Positions 36,343-46,705 of a stretch of DNA of 64,000 bases are shown in pieces. The stretch is from Candidatus Abzuiibacterium crystallinum (GTDB lineage Bacteria > Omnitrophota > Omnitrophia > Omnitrophales > Abzuiibacteriaceae). Below the pieces are notes generated by a model, which saw nothing but the letters and a program-made list of their open reading frames with translations, was not told the origin of the DNA and did not search any database. The DNA is taken from contig PCVY01000065.1 of assembly GCA_002787155.1 (NCBI GenBank), positions 1,286 to 65,285 of the forward strand, given 5' to 3'. Position 1 is the first letter of the stretch. Each line of letters opens with the position of its first letter. A program made the position numbers and the translations under genes.

Positions 36343-36782
36343 ATTAGAATCGTAATCAGAATTCCCAAAAAAGCACCTGCAAAAACTTCAATAGGTGTGT
36401 GTCCTAACAATTCTTTTAAACGCTCCTCTTTAATGAGACCTTTTTCAAATAATTCTTCGGTCATTTTATTTAAAATGCGCGCTTGTTTGCCGGCTGCGCG
36501 CCTGACACCGGCTGCGTCAAACATTGTCACGATTGCAAACACGAGTGCGATCAGAAAAATAATGGACGAAAAACCATAATAAAGCCCGACCGCCGTTGCA
36601 ACCGATACCACACCCGCCGAATGCGAACTCGGCATCCCGCCCGTATCAAATAACCAACGAAGGTTAAAACGTTTGCGTTGAATGGAATTGCGGAGTACTT
36701 TGATGGATTGGGCGAGAAACCATGAACTGGCGCACGCCACAAAAGCTTTCCACTCCGGAAATGGACCTTCAAAGAAGAACAT
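36330..36782 (-). CDS. Divergent PAP2 family membrane protein (DUF212)
   Basis: GGMPSSHSA motif and hydrophobic helices. Confidence 0.7.
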   Translation of the reverse strand: MFFFEGPFPEWKAFVACASSWFLAQSIKVLRNSIQRKRFNLRWLFDTGGMPSSHSAGVVSVATAVGLYYGFSSIIFLIALVFAIVTMFDAAGVRRAAGKQARILNKMTEELFEKGLIKEERLKELLGHTPIEVFAGAFLGILITILICSS

Positions 36783-36972
36783 AGGCTGTTAGATGGATTT
36801 AGTTGACGGTTGACTTATCAATCGAGTTATGATAATTTAACATGATTTTATTTAATTAAAAATCATAATGGCCAATCGCCAAAATTGGCTGTGATTATAG
36901 GGTAGGCGTGCCAAAAAGGCAAGATTCCCTTTTTCAAATTATCTCCCCCTTCTATATATAAGGTTAAACCAT

Positions 36973-38511
36973 ATGGACCAGAAAATCTCGAAAGTTTACG
37001 GCGCATCGCCCTACGGCATCCATGCTTTTTTGGTGGAGGTGGAGGTCGATTTGTCTTCCGGCTTGCCGCAAACATCGATTGTAGGCCTGCCCGATCAAGC
37101 CATTAAAGAAAGCAAGGAGCGCCTACGCTCAGCCATCAAAAACAGCGGCTTTATGATGCCGCCTCACCGGTTAACGATTAACCTAGCGCCCGCAGATTTA
37201 AAAAAAGAAGGCCCCGCTTTTGATTTACCAATGGCACTCGGCATCTTAGCCACACACGGCCATTTACGCACCGATGCGCTTCATGAATATATTTTCTACG
37301 GCGAATTGGCATTGGATGGCTCCCTCCGGGAAACCAAGGGCGCTCTTTTGGCTGCGGCGCTTGCCAAAGAACTGGGGAAACCTCTCATTGTTCCAAAACA
37401 GAACGCGCGCGAAACCTCACTCGAAAAAGGTGTGGTGATATTTTACGCCGGCCATTTAAAAGAAGTGATTGCTTTCTTAAACGATGCCGATCCTTTGCCT
37501 CAAACAATCCCGGAAAATCGTGCCGCTGAATCTTCGAAAAAAAATCCGGAAATCGATTTTGCTGAAGTCAAAGGACAGCGTTACGCCAAACGGGCCATTG
37601 AAATTGCCGCAGCCGGTCATCACAACGTCCTTTTTATCGGTCCGCCGGGTGCGGGCAAAACCATGCTTTCACGGCGGATACCGACCATTTTACCGCCCCT
37701 AGATCATCATCACATGATCGAGGTGGCAAAAATTTACAGCATAGCAGGACTTCCTCAACACAATTTCTTTTCAATGACACGCCCTTTTCGCTCACCGCAT
37801 CATACCGTCTCTCAAGTTGGCCTCGTGGGCGGCGGTTCCTTTCCGAGACCCGGTGAAGTATCACTTGCGCACGGCGGCATTCTTTTTTTGGATGAATTTC
37901 CGGAATTTCACCGGCAAGCCATTGAAGCTCTAAGAAGCCCTTTGGAAGACGGCAAAATTCTCATTTCACGGGCCAAAACCAACCTAGAATTTCCGGCTCG
38001 TTTTATGTTGGTGGCAGCCATGAATCCATGCCCCTGCGGCTATTTAACAAGCCGCCGGCATCATTGTCGGTGTAGTCTCGGGCAAATTCAGAAATACCTG
38101 AGCAAAATCTCAGGACCGATCATGGACCGGATTGATTTACATATCGAACTGGCCAGCGTTGAATATCAAGATCTGATTAGCAACCGAACAGAAGAAACGT
38201 CCGAACAAATCAAAGCGCGCGTCATCACTGCCCGAGAACGGCAGGATCATCGATTTCGGCAAAGCCATGTACGTACCAATTCTGAAATGACGCCGCGGCA
38301 CATCAAAATTTATTGTCCGCTCGGCCAAAACTCCAAGCAATTGCTGGAGCGCGCGTTAAAAGAATTGGGTTTTAGTGCCCGGGGTTATTTTAAAATGATC
38401 AAAATTGCACGCACCATTGCGGATTTGGAAGGGGTAGAGAACATTGAAACATCCCATTTAGCGGAAGCGTTGCAATTTCGTTCTCTGGACCGTCAATATT
38501 TAGGAAGCTAA
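36973..38511 (+). CDS. yifB: YifB/ComM family Mg-chelatase-like AAA+ ATPase
   Basis: N-terminal Lon-protease-like domain, Walker A GPPGAGKT, and Walker B plus arginine finger in …ILFLDEFPEF…. Confidence 0.9.
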   Translation: MDQKISKVYGASPYGIHAFLVEVEVDLSSGLPQTSIVGLPDQAIKESKERLRSAIKNSGFMMPPHRLTINLAPADLKKEGPAFDLPMALGILATHGHLRTDALHEYIFYGELALDGSLRETKGALLAAALAKELGKPLIVPKQNARETSLEKGVVIFYAGHLKEVIAFLNDADPLPQTIPENRAAESSKKNPEIDFAEVKGQRYAKRAIEIAAAGHHNVLFIGPPGAGKTMLSRRIPTILPPLDHHHMIEVAKIYSIAGLPQHNFFSMTRPFRSPHHTVSQVGLVGGGSFPRPGEVSLAHGGILFLDEFPEFHRQAIEALRSPLEDGKILISRAKTNLEFPARFMLVAAMNPCPCGYLTSRRHHCRCSLGQIQKYLSKISGPIMDRIDLHIELASVEYQDLISNRTEETSEQIKARVITARERQDHRFRQSHVRTNSEMTPRHIKIYCPLGQNSKQLLERALKELGFSARGYFKMIKIARTIADLEGVENIETSHLAEALQFRSLDRQYLGS

Positions 38512-38574
38512 AAAGAAAAGAGGCTCGTGATTTGTTTCACGAGCCTCTTTTGAGTTTTGATCGGAAGTAAAAGT

Positions 38575-39102
38575 TTACGCTTTGCCTAAAGTCTTCTCGC
38601 CCGGCTTCCAATTGGCTTGGCATAGTTCGCCGGTTTGAAGTGCTTTTAACACACGGACCACTTCGTCAATGTTACGGCCAATGCCGAGGTCATTGACCAA
38701 ATACCATCTCAAAATACCGTTTGGATCGATAATAAACGTACCGCGAAGCGCGATGCCCTTGTCTTCCAATAAAATACCGTAACGGCGGGAGACCTCTTTA
38801 GAAATATCGCTGGCTAAAGGAAAGCCAAGTTCGCCTAGCTGCTGTTTAATCCACGCTTGGTGTGAATAAACGCTGTCGATGCTGGCGCCAATGACCACTG
38901 CATTTAACCCGTTGAAATCTTTTAACTTATCGCGGAAACTTGTGATTTCTGTTGGACAAACAAATGTAAAATCAAGAGGGTAAAAGAAAAGAACCACCCA
39001 TTTTCCTTTGTAATCGCTTAACTTAATTGGCTGAAATTTACCACCGTCCACTACTGCCTGCATGGTGAAATCCGGTGCCGGTGTTCCTACTTGCGTTGAC
39101 AT
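38575..39102 (-). CDS. Peroxiredoxin (AhpC/TSA family)
   Basis: …KGKWVVLFFYPLDFTFVCPTEI… peroxidatic Cys motif. 175 aa. Confidence 0.9.
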   Translation of the reverse strand: MSTQVGTPAPDFTMQAVVDGGKFQPIKLSDYKGKWVVLFFYPLDFTFVCPTEITSFRDKLKDFNGLNAVVIGASIDSVYSHQAWIKQQLGELGFPLASDISKEVSRRYGILLEDKGIALRGTFIIDPNGILRWYLVNDLGIGRNIDEVVRVLKALQTGELCQANWKPGEKTLGKA

Positions 39103-39283
39103 GACGAAACCTCCTCTGTTACGGTTTTCGGTTCATTGATGCCTTCGATCACTTACTCTTGAACAGTCAATCAGTCCGCTTGAAAAGGGGCTCAGCTTAT
39201 CATGGACCATTTTGAGTGTCAAATTGAACGGAAACGTTTTATCGACTACGTTCAAACGCCATGGCGAGGATCCGAAGTAGCGC

Positions 39284-39312
39284 TTGAACAAAAATTTAAC
39301 CGACAGTATAAT
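39284..39312 (+). promoter_or_regulatory. Sigma-70-like promoter TTGAAC-N17-TATAAT upstream of the nuo operon
   Basis: -35 at 39284-39289 and -10 at 39307-39312. Confidence 0.45.
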
Positions 39313-39322
39313 GAGATCTTTC

Positions 39323-39349
39323 AGCCATCATGTGATGGCTTCTTTTTTA
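39323..39349 (+). terminator. Intrinsic-terminator-like hairpin in the nuoA leader (possible attenuator)
   Basis: AGCCATCA-tg-TGATGGCT is a perfect 8-bp stem, followed by TCTTTTTTAT. It lies between the putative -10 and the nuoA ATG (39369). Confidence 0.5.
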
Positions 39350-39368
39350 TCTGAGGGCCTCTGCATTC

Positions 39369-39737
39369 ATGAATGATTCTTATTTTGCTCAGTACTTATT
39401 TTTAGGTCTCTTTCTGCTTGTTGCGATCGCCTTTCCGATTCTTCCCCTGGTTTTAGCTAAAATCGTTGCACCCAAGAAAAATAATCCGATTAAAAATTCA
39501 ACTTATGAATGCGGTATCGAAGCCTCCGGAGATGCCTGGATTCAATTTAAAGCGCAATATTATGTTTATGCGCTCATTTTTATCGTGTTTGACATCGAAA
39601 CCATCTTTATTTACCCATGGGCTGTCGCCTACAACCAATTAGGCTTGTTTGCTTTACTGGCCATGGCTCTTTTCTTATTTCTTCTGACCTTCGGCCTGAT
39701 TTACGCCTGGAAAAAGAACATCTTGGAGTGGAAATAA
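39369..39737 (+). CDS. nuoA: NADH-quinone oxidoreductase subunit A
   Basis: 122 aa, three TM helices, …YECGIE… motif. Confidence 0.9.
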   Translation: MNDSYFAQYLFLGLFLLVAIAFPILPLVLAKIVAPKKNNPIKNSTYECGIEASGDAWIQFKAQYYVYALIFIVFDIETIFIYPWAVAYNQLGLFALLAMALFLFLLTFGLIYAWKKNILEWK

Positions 39738-39739
39738 CG

Positions 39740-40381
39740 ATGACCCATGCGCCCAATGTCTCCCAAGTTGACCCCGCGCTCAAAAGCGAACTCGCCAAAA
39801 AAGGCATCGCAGTGATGAAGCTGCAGGAACTCTACAATTGGGGCCGCCGCTCTTCCATCTGGCCGATGCAGTTTGGTTTGGCTTGTTGTGCCATCGAAAT
39901 GATTGCCACCGCTTGCGCACGTTATGATATTGACCGCTTTGGCGCTGGACTTTTTCGTGCTTCTCCCCGTCAATCCGACCTGATGATTGTTGCAGGAACC
40001 GTCACCAAAAAAATGGCGCCGCAAGTTGTCAGACTCTATAATCAAATGCCCGAACCCAAATATGTCATTACGATGGGAGCCTGTTCTATTTCCGGCGGAC
40101 CTTTTAAAGAAGGTTACAATGTTTTAAAAGGCATCGACCGCTACATTCCCGTTGACGTTCATTTGCCGGGCTGCCCACCGCGTCCGGAAGCCTTGCTTCA
40201 CGGTCTTATGAAACTCCAGGCTAAAATCGACCATCAAGACATTGAAAAAACCGAATGGTATCAAAAAGGATTGAAACGTGAATTTCCGATCCCGGAATTT
40301 GGGCCCAATGGTCTTTTGCCTCCCTATAATCCGGAAGTTTGGCAGCCGCAGAAACGCAAAGAAATAACCGTGCCGGCATGA
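39740..40381 (+). CDS. nuoB: NADH-quinone oxidoreductase subunit B
   Basis: Start refined to the ATG at 39740. [14 protein letters not shown] and GxCxxxGG cluster-N2 motifs. Confidence 0.9.
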   Translation: MTHAPNVSQVDPALKSELAKKGIAVMKLQELYNWGRRSSIWPMQFGLACCAIEMIATACARYDIDRFGAGLFRASPRQSDLMIVAGTVTKKMAPQVVRLYNQMPEPKYVITMGACSISGGPFKEGYNVLKGIDRYIPVDVHLPGCPPRPEALLHGLMKLQAKIDHQDIEKTEWYQKGLKREFPIPEFGPNGLLPPYNPEVWQPQKRKEITVPA

Positions 40382-40839
40382 AAACCACTGAAGAAATCAA
40401 AACTGATCTTGAATCAAAAACAGGGACTTCTATTACAGTTCAAGGTGAGGCCTTGATGGTGCCTAAAGAGAAATTATTTGATGTGGCAAAATATTTAAAA
40501 GATACTCCCGATTACCAAATGGATTATTTATCTTCGGTAACCGGCACCGATTACAAAGACGGTTTGGAAGTTACCTATCACCTTTACTCCATCGCTAAAA
40601 AAGAAGGCCCTGTTGTTTTAAAAACCAAAACTGACCGTGAAAAAGGCGTGGTGCCGTCTTTGACACCTCTTTGGCGCGGTGCGGAGTTTCAAGAACGCGA
40701 AGCATACGATTTGGTGGGCATCCATTTTGAAGGTCACCCCGATTTAAGAAGGATTTTAATGTGGGATGGGTTTGAACACTACCCTCTGCGTAAAGATTAC
40801 ACACAGGAAGATCAGGACCGGAACCCAGAACAATTTTAA
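40378..40839 (+). CDS. nuoC: NADH-quinone oxidoreductase subunit C
   Basis: Start refined to the ATG overlapping the nuoB stop. 30-kDa subunit fold. Short version of ~153 aa. Confidence 0.8.
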   Translation: MKTTEEIKTDLESKTGTSITVQGEALMVPKEKLFDVAKYLKDTPDYQMDYLSSVTGTDYKDGLEVTYHLYSIAKKEGPVVLKTKTDREKGVVPSLTPLWRGAEFQEREAYDLVGIHFEGHPDLRRILMWDGFEHYPLRKDYTQEDQDRNPEQF

Positions 40840-40840
40840 A

Positions 40841-41992
40841 ATGATGGAACACACGCTTATTTCCAAACCAGATTTTGATACCCAAACGCTTGAAGTCAGT
40901 TTGGGGCCGCAACACCCTTCAACGCACGGTGTATTTCGCATGAATGTGGTGTTGGATGGTGAGACGATCGTCAAATTAAAACCCGTCATGGGTTATCTGC
41001 ACCGCAATCACGAAAAGTTAGCCGAGAACATGTCTTATCTGGGCTCCATGCCTTATACCGATCGGCTAGATTACATTTGTTCGATGACGAACAACTTTGC
41101 CTATGCCCTAGCCGTTGAAAAATTGGCGGGTATCGAAGTGCCGGAACGCGCTCAATATATCCGCATCATCATGGCAGAACTCACACGTCTTGTGAATCAC
41201 ACGCTTTTAATTGGATTTTTGCTCAATGATTTGGGTGCTTTTTTTACTCCGGTCCTTTATGCTTTTCGCGAACGCGAAAAAATTTTAGACCTGTTTGAAG
41301 AAGTGGCAGGTTCGCGCATGATGTGTAACTATTTCCGCTTCGGCGGCGTCAAAGCGGATTTAACGCCTGATTTTCTGCCGCGCGTGAAAGAACTCATTCA
41401 AAACTATCCGCGTTTCTTAGACGAATTTGAAGCTTTGCTTTCTGAAAATGAGATTTTAATGGCGCGCACCCAAAAAGTAGGTGTGCTCCCGAAAGAATTG
41501 GCCGTGAGCGCCAGCATCACAGGCCCGATGCTGCGAGCCTCAGGGGTTCCTTATGATATTCGCAAAGTAGATCATTACAGTCTTTATGACCGATTTAAAT
41601 TTCGTGTCCCGATCGGAGAGCACGGCGATGTGTACGACCGTTATTACATTCGCGTTCTTGAAATGAGAGAAAGTATTAAGATTTTAGATCAAGCCGTCAA
41701 AGAAATCCCGTCAGGTGATGTAATTTCAAAAGTTGGAGCCGGTTTTGCCAAAGCGCCGCGCAATTTTAAACCCAAAGCCGGCGAAGCTTACGGCCGGATT
41801 GAAGCACCCAAAGGCGAGCTGGGATTTTTCGTCGTCTCAGACGGAACCAACAAGCCTTACCGTTATCACGTTCGCGCACCAAGCTTTATCAATTTGACCA
41901 TCTTAGAAGACATGTGTTTAGGACACAAAGTGCCCGATGCCATTATTATTTTAGGCAGTATTGACATCGTTTTAGGCGAAGTAGACCGATAA
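40841..41992 (+). CDS. nuoD: NADH-quinone oxidoreductase subunit D
   Basis: Start refined (MMEHTLIS…). [13 protein letters not shown] motif. Confidence 0.9.
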   Translation: MMEHTLISKPDFDTQTLEVSLGPQHPSTHGVFRMNVVLDGETIVKLKPVMGYLHRNHEKLAENMSYLGSMPYTDRLDYICSMTNNFAYALAVEKLAGIEVPERAQYIRIIMAELTRLVNHTLLIGFLLNDLGAFFTPVLYAFREREKILDLFEEVAGSRMMCNYFRFGGVKADLTPDFLPRVKELIQNYPRFLDEFEALLSENEILMARTQKVGVLPKELAVSASITGPMLRASGVPYDIRKVDHYSLYDRFKFRVPIGEHGDVYDRYYIRVLEMRESIKILDQAVKEIPSGDVISKVGAGFAKAPRNFKPKAGEAYGRIEAPKGELGFFVVSDGTNKPYRYHVRAPSFINLTILEDMCLGHKVPDAIIILGSIDIVLGEVDR

Positions 41993-42107
41993 AAAAATAA
42001 AAATGAAGAATGGAGAATGAAGAATTTAGGTGACCTCCGGTCATTTAAATGTGCAAAACGCTCCAAAATTCTTAACTTTTCATTCTTAATTCCTAATTGA
42101 GGATTTT

Positions 42108-42761
42108 ATGTTTGGAATTGGTGTTTTAAAAGGTATGGCAGTCACGTTCAAAAATTTTGTAGAAAGTTACTACAAAAAAGAGCGTCTGACTACCATCGAA
42201 TACCCGGAAAAAAGGCTGGCGGAAAAGGAACGCTTCCGCAACTTTCCTTTTCTGATCTTTGACGAAAAACCGGAAGATCCGCGGTGTGTGGCTTGTGACA
42301 TCTGCGCCAAAGAATGTCCCCCACAATGTATTACCATTGTGCGCGCCCAGGATGCTCAAGGCAAACCACTTAAAAAACCGGCTACGTTCGACATTGATTA
42401 TTCAATTTGCATGAATTGCGGTGTTTGTGAAGAAGTTTGCCCGTTTGACGCTATTTTCATGGATCATGAATTCGAATTGGCCGAATACGGCCGCTTTGAA
42501 GACTTAAATTACACGATTGATCGGTTGCTCAAACCCAAAGAACATTTCATGAAGATACGCCCGACCGATGCCACACGTATTGAAGCCGAATTAAAGAAAA
42601 AAGAAAACGCTAAAAAAGCAGCGGCTGAGAAAGCGGCAGCGGCAGCCAAAGCCAAAGCGGAAGCTGCCAAAACACAAGCCTCTCAAGTACCGGATACGAA
42701 ACCAGAAACTAAACCTAACGAACCCGCTCAACCGGCAGATCCGCCGGCTGAGGCAAAATAA
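42108..42761 (+). CDS. nuoI: NADH-quinone oxidoreductase subunit I with K/A-rich C-terminal extension
   Basis: Two CxxCxxCxxxCP ferredoxin motifs. ~70-aa low-complexity tail (KKKENAKKAAAEKAAAAAKAKAEAAK…PADPPAEAK). Confidence 0.9.
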   Translation: MFGIGVLKGMAVTFKNFVESYYKKERLTTIEYPEKRLAEKERFRNFPFLIFDEKPEDPRCVACDICAKECPPQCITIVRAQDAQGKPLKKPATFDIDYSICMNCGVCEEVCPFDAIFMDHEFELAEYGRFEDLNYTIDRLLKPKEHFMKIRPTDATRIEAELKKKENAKKAAAEKAAAAAKAKAEAAKTQASQVPDTKPETKPNEPAQPADPPAEAK

Positions 42762-42762
42762 C

Positions 42763-43908
42763 ATGGACCAATTATTCGTTCACATTGATCAAGCGATTAT
42801 CCATTGGGCACAAGCCGTGCTTCCCGATTGGATGGCTGTCATCGTCGCGATGAAAATTCCGATTGTTGCGATCGCCATTTTTGGTCCCGTGACCATGATG
42901 TATTTAACTTTAATTGAACGGAAACTTTTGGCACGCATCCAAAACCGTTTTGGCCCGAACCGCGTAGGAAAATTTGGTTTATTGCAACCGCTTGCCGATG
43001 GCGTCAAAATGCTTACCAAGGAAGATATTGTGCCGGAGAAAGCCGATAAAATCGCCCATTTGCTGGCCCCGATTTTAATTGTGATTCCCGCACTTTTGGT
43101 TTTTGCGGTTCTGCCTTTTGGCCGCAATATGATTGCAGTCGATTTAAATATCGGCGTGTTATTCTTTTTGGCCATGTCAGGCACCACGACCTTATTTATT
43201 TTTACGGCAGCTTGGGCATCACACAACAAATTTTCACTTTTGGGCGGAATGCGCTCGGTCGCGCAAATGATTTCGTATGAAATTCCGTTTGTGCTTTCCG
43301 TCGTTCCTGTTTTGGTGGTCGTTGGTTCATTCTCAACCGTTGCGATCGTGGAAGCACAGCCGGGTCTCCATTGGTTTGTCTTTACCCCGTGGGGTGCCGT
43401 GGGCTTTTTTATCTTTTTTATTTGCGCCGTTGCCGAAGTCAACCGCACACCTTTTGATTTGCCCGAAGCTGAATCCGAACTTGTTGCCGGTTTTCATACG
43501 GAATACAGCGGCATGAAATTTGCTTTGTTTTACATGGCAGAATTTATGAATGTTTTTACGGTGTCTGCTTTGGTTGCAACCGTTTTTCTAGGTGGCTGGC
43601 AGGGACCCATCTTGCCCAGTTGGGTTTGGTTTCTATTGAAAACTTATACACTTATTTTAATTATGATGTGGTTTCGCGGCACTTTTCCCCGGCTGCGGGC
43701 GGACCAATTAATGGGTTTTGCTTGGAAATTCTTGCTGGAATTAACTTTTGTGAATATCATCGTGGCCGCTATTTGGTATGAGATGAGATCTCCGCTGAAC
43801 CATTTGACGGCAGCTGCTATTTTAATTGTAACGATTATTGTCTTATTTCAATTTAATAAAACCGAAATACCAAAAAAGCGTATTTACAAATACGCTTACG
43901 CAGATTAA
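42763..43908 (+). CDS. nuoH: NADH-quinone oxidoreductase subunit H
   Basis: Polytopic protein with the conserved …LLQPLADGVK… and …EAESELVAGFHTEYSG… motifs. Confidence 0.9.
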   Translation: MDQLFVHIDQAIIHWAQAVLPDWMAVIVAMKIPIVAIAIFGPVTMMYLTLIERKLLARIQNRFGPNRVGKFGLLQPLADGVKMLTKEDIVPEKADKIAHLLAPILIVIPALLVFAVLPFGRNMIAVDLNIGVLFFLAMSGTTTLFIFTAAWASHNKFSLLGGMRSVAQMISYEIPFVLSVVPVLVVVGSFSTVAIVEAQPGLHWFVFTPWGAVGFFIFFICAVAEVNRTPFDLPEAESELVAGFHTEYSGMKFALFYMAEFMNVFTVSALVATVFLGGWQGPILPSWVWFLLKTYTLILIMMWFRGTFPRLRADQLMGFAWKFLLELTFVNIIVAAIWYEMRSPLNHLTAAAILIVTIIVLFQFNKTEIPKKRIYKYAYAD

Positions 43909-43960
43909 TTAAGGAAGAATTTTCTCACTTGGGGGCTAACCCCTCTGGCATTCAAAATAT

Positions 43961-44479
43961 ATGGAAGTTCTGACTGCAATTTCAAAAGTCGGCATTTATG
44001 TTATCTTTGGCGTAACCCTTTTGGGCGCCATGATGGCCGTCACGCTTCGAAACATATTTCATGCGGCGCTTAGTTTGGCTCTGACGTTGATTGGCGTAGC
44101 GGCGGTCTTCTTTGTTTTAAGAGCGGAATTTCTGGGCGCGGTTCAAATTTTGCTGTATGTTGGCGGTATTATGATTCTGGTCATTTTTACTGTGATGTTA
44201 ACGACTCGAATCGGAGACCGCACCATCCCGACTTCTAACCACCAGCAATGGCCTGTTTTGATCGGCGCGCTGCTTCTTCTTTTATACTTTGTCAGGATGA
44301 TCGGAAAAACCCCCTGGTCTATCAAAAGCGAACTGGCCGTTGTCAGTGCCGTTCAAATTGGAAAATCTTTGGTAAGCACTTTTATCTTTCCATTCGAATT
44401 AACGGCAGTTATTTTAGTAGCCATCTTAATTGGAACGGTGATTTTAGCCAAAAGCGACGAAGGAGAAGAAAAATCATGA
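43961..44479 (+). CDS. nuoJ: NADH-quinone oxidoreductase subunit J
   Basis: 172 aa, five TM helices, standard position in the operon. Confidence 0.85.
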   Translation: MEVLTAISKVGIYVIFGVTLLGAMMAVTLRNIFHAALSLALTLIGVAAVFFVLRAEFLGAVQILLYVGGIMILVIFTVMLTTRIGDRTIPTSNHQQWPVLIGALLLLLYFVRMIGKTPWSIKSELAVVSAVQIGKSLVSTFIFPFELTAVILVAILIGTVILAKSDEGEEKS

Positions 44480-44784
44480 TTCCATTGCATCATATTTTGT
44501 TTTTCTCATCGACTCTCTTTTGCATCGGTTTGTTTGGCGCACTTTCCAGGCGGCACGTGGTTGGCATTTTGATTTCGGTTGAGATTATGCTGAATGCTGC
44601 CAATGTAAACTTGGTCGCTTTTTCGCGCTGGACGGGTTTGATACCTGTCAACGCACAAGTTTTTGCTATTTTTATCATTACATTAGCAGCGGCAGCGGCA
44701 GCGGTGGCGCTTGCCATTGTTTTAACCATTTATCGAAACCGTAAAACTATTTATACAAACGAAATTGACCTGCTTAAATGGTAA
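44476..44784 (+). CDS. nuoK: NADH-quinone oxidoreductase subunit K
   Basis: Start refined to the ATG overlapping the nuoJ stop. ~100 aa, three TM helices. Confidence 0.85.
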   Translation: MIPLHHILFFSSTLFCIGLFGALSRRHVVGILISVEIMLNAANVNLVAFSRWTGLIPVNAQVFAIFIITLAAAAAAVALAIVLTIYRNRKTIYTNEIDLLKW

Positions 44785-46694
44785 ATAACGCATCTACTCT
44801 CATTTGCTTCATTCCTTTTCTGCCGTTGATTGCTTTTGCCATTAATATTTTCTTCGGCAAACAGTTAGGCGAAAAAAGTGCATGGGTTACACTGGCCTGC
44901 AGTACGTGTTCGTTTGTGCTCGCCATGCTGGTCATTCGTCCCGTCTTAAGCGGCGCTGTCATTCAAGTAAATTTTGATTGGATTGTATTTGGCAGCGGTG
45001 CACTTCAATTTGGATTTTTGGCGGATCCTTTGGCGGCCATCATGCTGTTTGTCGTCACATGCATCGGTTCTTTGATCGTGCTGTATTCAATCGGTTACAT
45101 GCATGGTGATCCGCGTTTTTCGCGCTTTTTTGCTTACCTGGGTTTATTCTTGTTTTCAATGCTGGGCTTGGTGTTGTCTACCAACTTAGTTCAAATCTAT
45201 ATTTTTTGGGAATTGGTGGGCGTTTGCTCTTACTTTTTAATCGGTTTTTGGTTTGAAAAAGATTCTGCCGCCAATGCAGGCAAAAAAGCCTTTATCACAA
45301 ACCGCATTGGCGACGTGGGTTTTTTTATCGGGATTGCGCTTTTGTTTTATGGGGCGGGCACTGTCAACTTTACCGATCTCACGCATGAGTATTTTCATCA
45401 CCACCACCAAGCTATCTTAGGTATTGCGGGGCTTTTTCTCTTTTGCGGCGCCATCGGAAAATCAGCTCAATTTCCATTGCATGTTTGGCTGCCGGACGCG
45501 ATGGAAGGCCCGACTCCTGTCAGTGCCTTGATTCACGCTGCTACCATGGTCGCCGCGGGCGTTTATTTGGTGGCACGTTTGTTTCCGCTTTATGAAGCGT
45601 TTCCTCATTCCGCCAGTGTCGTAGCCGTCATCGGCACGACGACGGCTTGTATGGGGGCTTTTATTGCGCTCTCGGCCAACGACATTAAGAAAGTGCTGGC
45701 TTACTCAACCATTAGTCAGCTGGGTTACATGATTGCCGCCATCGGGATAGGCGCCATGAGCGCCGGCATGTTTCACTTGATGACACATGCCTTCTTCAAA
45801 GCCCTGCTTTTCTTAGGTGCGGGTAGTGTGATTCACGGAACCGGAACGCAAGATATGCGTGAAATGGGAGGTTTGTTTAAAGCCATGCCCAAAACAGCCT
45901 GGACATTTTTAATGGCGACGCTGGCCATTTCAGGCATTCCGCCGTTTGCCGGTTTTTGGAGCAAAGATGAAATTTTAACCCACGCTTTTCTGCATCATCA
46001 TCCCGTGGTGTTTGGTTTGCTGTTAGCCGCTGCTTTTTTGACGGCTTTTTACATGTTTCGCTTGGTCTTCATGACTTTTTTTGGAAAAACGCGCGGCCAC
46101 TTCCACGCACACGAGTCTCCTGCCGTCATGACAGTCCCTCTCATGATTCTGGCTTTCTTTGCGATTGCGGCGGGTTTTCCCGGTTCACCTTTCATGCATC
46201 ACTGGTTTCAAGCTTTTGTACTCCCCGGGGAAGCAGTCAAAGCAAATTTTGGTCTCATGATGCTTTCTTCCGTTGTGGCTTTGTCTGCCATTGGATGTGC
46301 TTACTATTGTTACATTGTCAAACCGGAAATGCCAGCCCGCATCACACAAGCCATTAAACCGCTCTATCAAGCATCATTAAACAAATTATGGTTTGATGAA
46401 ATCTACGGCGCGACGGTTGTGCGTTTATTTCAGTGGCTTGCCGGCACGCTATTTTTATTTGATCAAAAAATTGTCGACGGCGCGGTCAACGGTTCTGCGC
46501 GTGTCGGGTTATGGATAAGCAAAATTAAGAATTGGATAGATCAATATATCGTGGACGGCGCCGTCAATTTGGTTGGCGCCATCACGCGTATCACTTCTTC
46601 CATTTTAAGACTATTTCAAACAGGTGTTATTCACCATTATTTATTGGTCATGTTTATTGGCATACTCATGATTCTTTACGGAATCACGAAATAA
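44778..46694 (+). CDS. nuoL: NADH-quinone oxidoreductase subunit L
   Basis: 638 aa antiporter-like subunit with a long C-terminal amphipathic helix region. Confidence 0.9.
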   Translation: MVNNASTLICFIPFLPLIAFAINIFFGKQLGEKSAWVTLACSTCSFVLAMLVIRPVLSGAVIQVNFDWIVFGSGALQFGFLADPLAAIMLFVVTCIGSLIVLYSIGYMHGDPRFSRFFAYLGLFLFSMLGLVLSTNLVQIYIFWELVGVCSYFLIGFWFEKDSAANAGKKAFITNRIGDVGFFIGIALLFYGAGTVNFTDLTHEYFHHHHQAILGIAGLFLFCGAIGKSAQFPLHVWLPDAMEGPTPVSALIHAATMVAAGVYLVARLFPLYEAFPHSASVVAVIGTTTACMGAFIALSANDIKKVLAYSTISQLGYMIAAIGIGAMSAGMFHLMTHAFFKALLFLGAGSVIHGTGTQDMREMGGLFKAMPKTAWTFLMATLAISGIPPFAGFWSKDEILTHAFLHHHPVVFGLLLAAAFLTAFYMFRLVFMTFFGKTRGHFHAHESPAVMTVPLMILAFFAIAAGFPGSPFMHHWFQAFVLPGEAVKANFGLMMLSSVVALSAIGCAYYCYIVKPEMPARITQAIKPLYQASLNKLWFDEIYGATVVRLFQWLAGTLFLFDQKIVDGAVNGSARVGLWISKIKNWIDQYIVDGAVNLVGAITRITSSILRLFQTGVIHHYLLVMFIGILMILYGITK

Positions 46695-46705
46695 GGGAGC
46701 TTATT

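Noticed and set aside
42789-43448. 219-aa minus-strand ORF
   Set aside because: Entirely antisense to nuoH. The hydrophobic composition mirrors the membrane gene and it has no ribosome-binding site. It is a typical shadow ORF. The same applies to other internal or antisense track ORFs such as 6184-6579, 10609-10953, 26127-26612, 31351-31671, 54592-54915 and 61253-61672.
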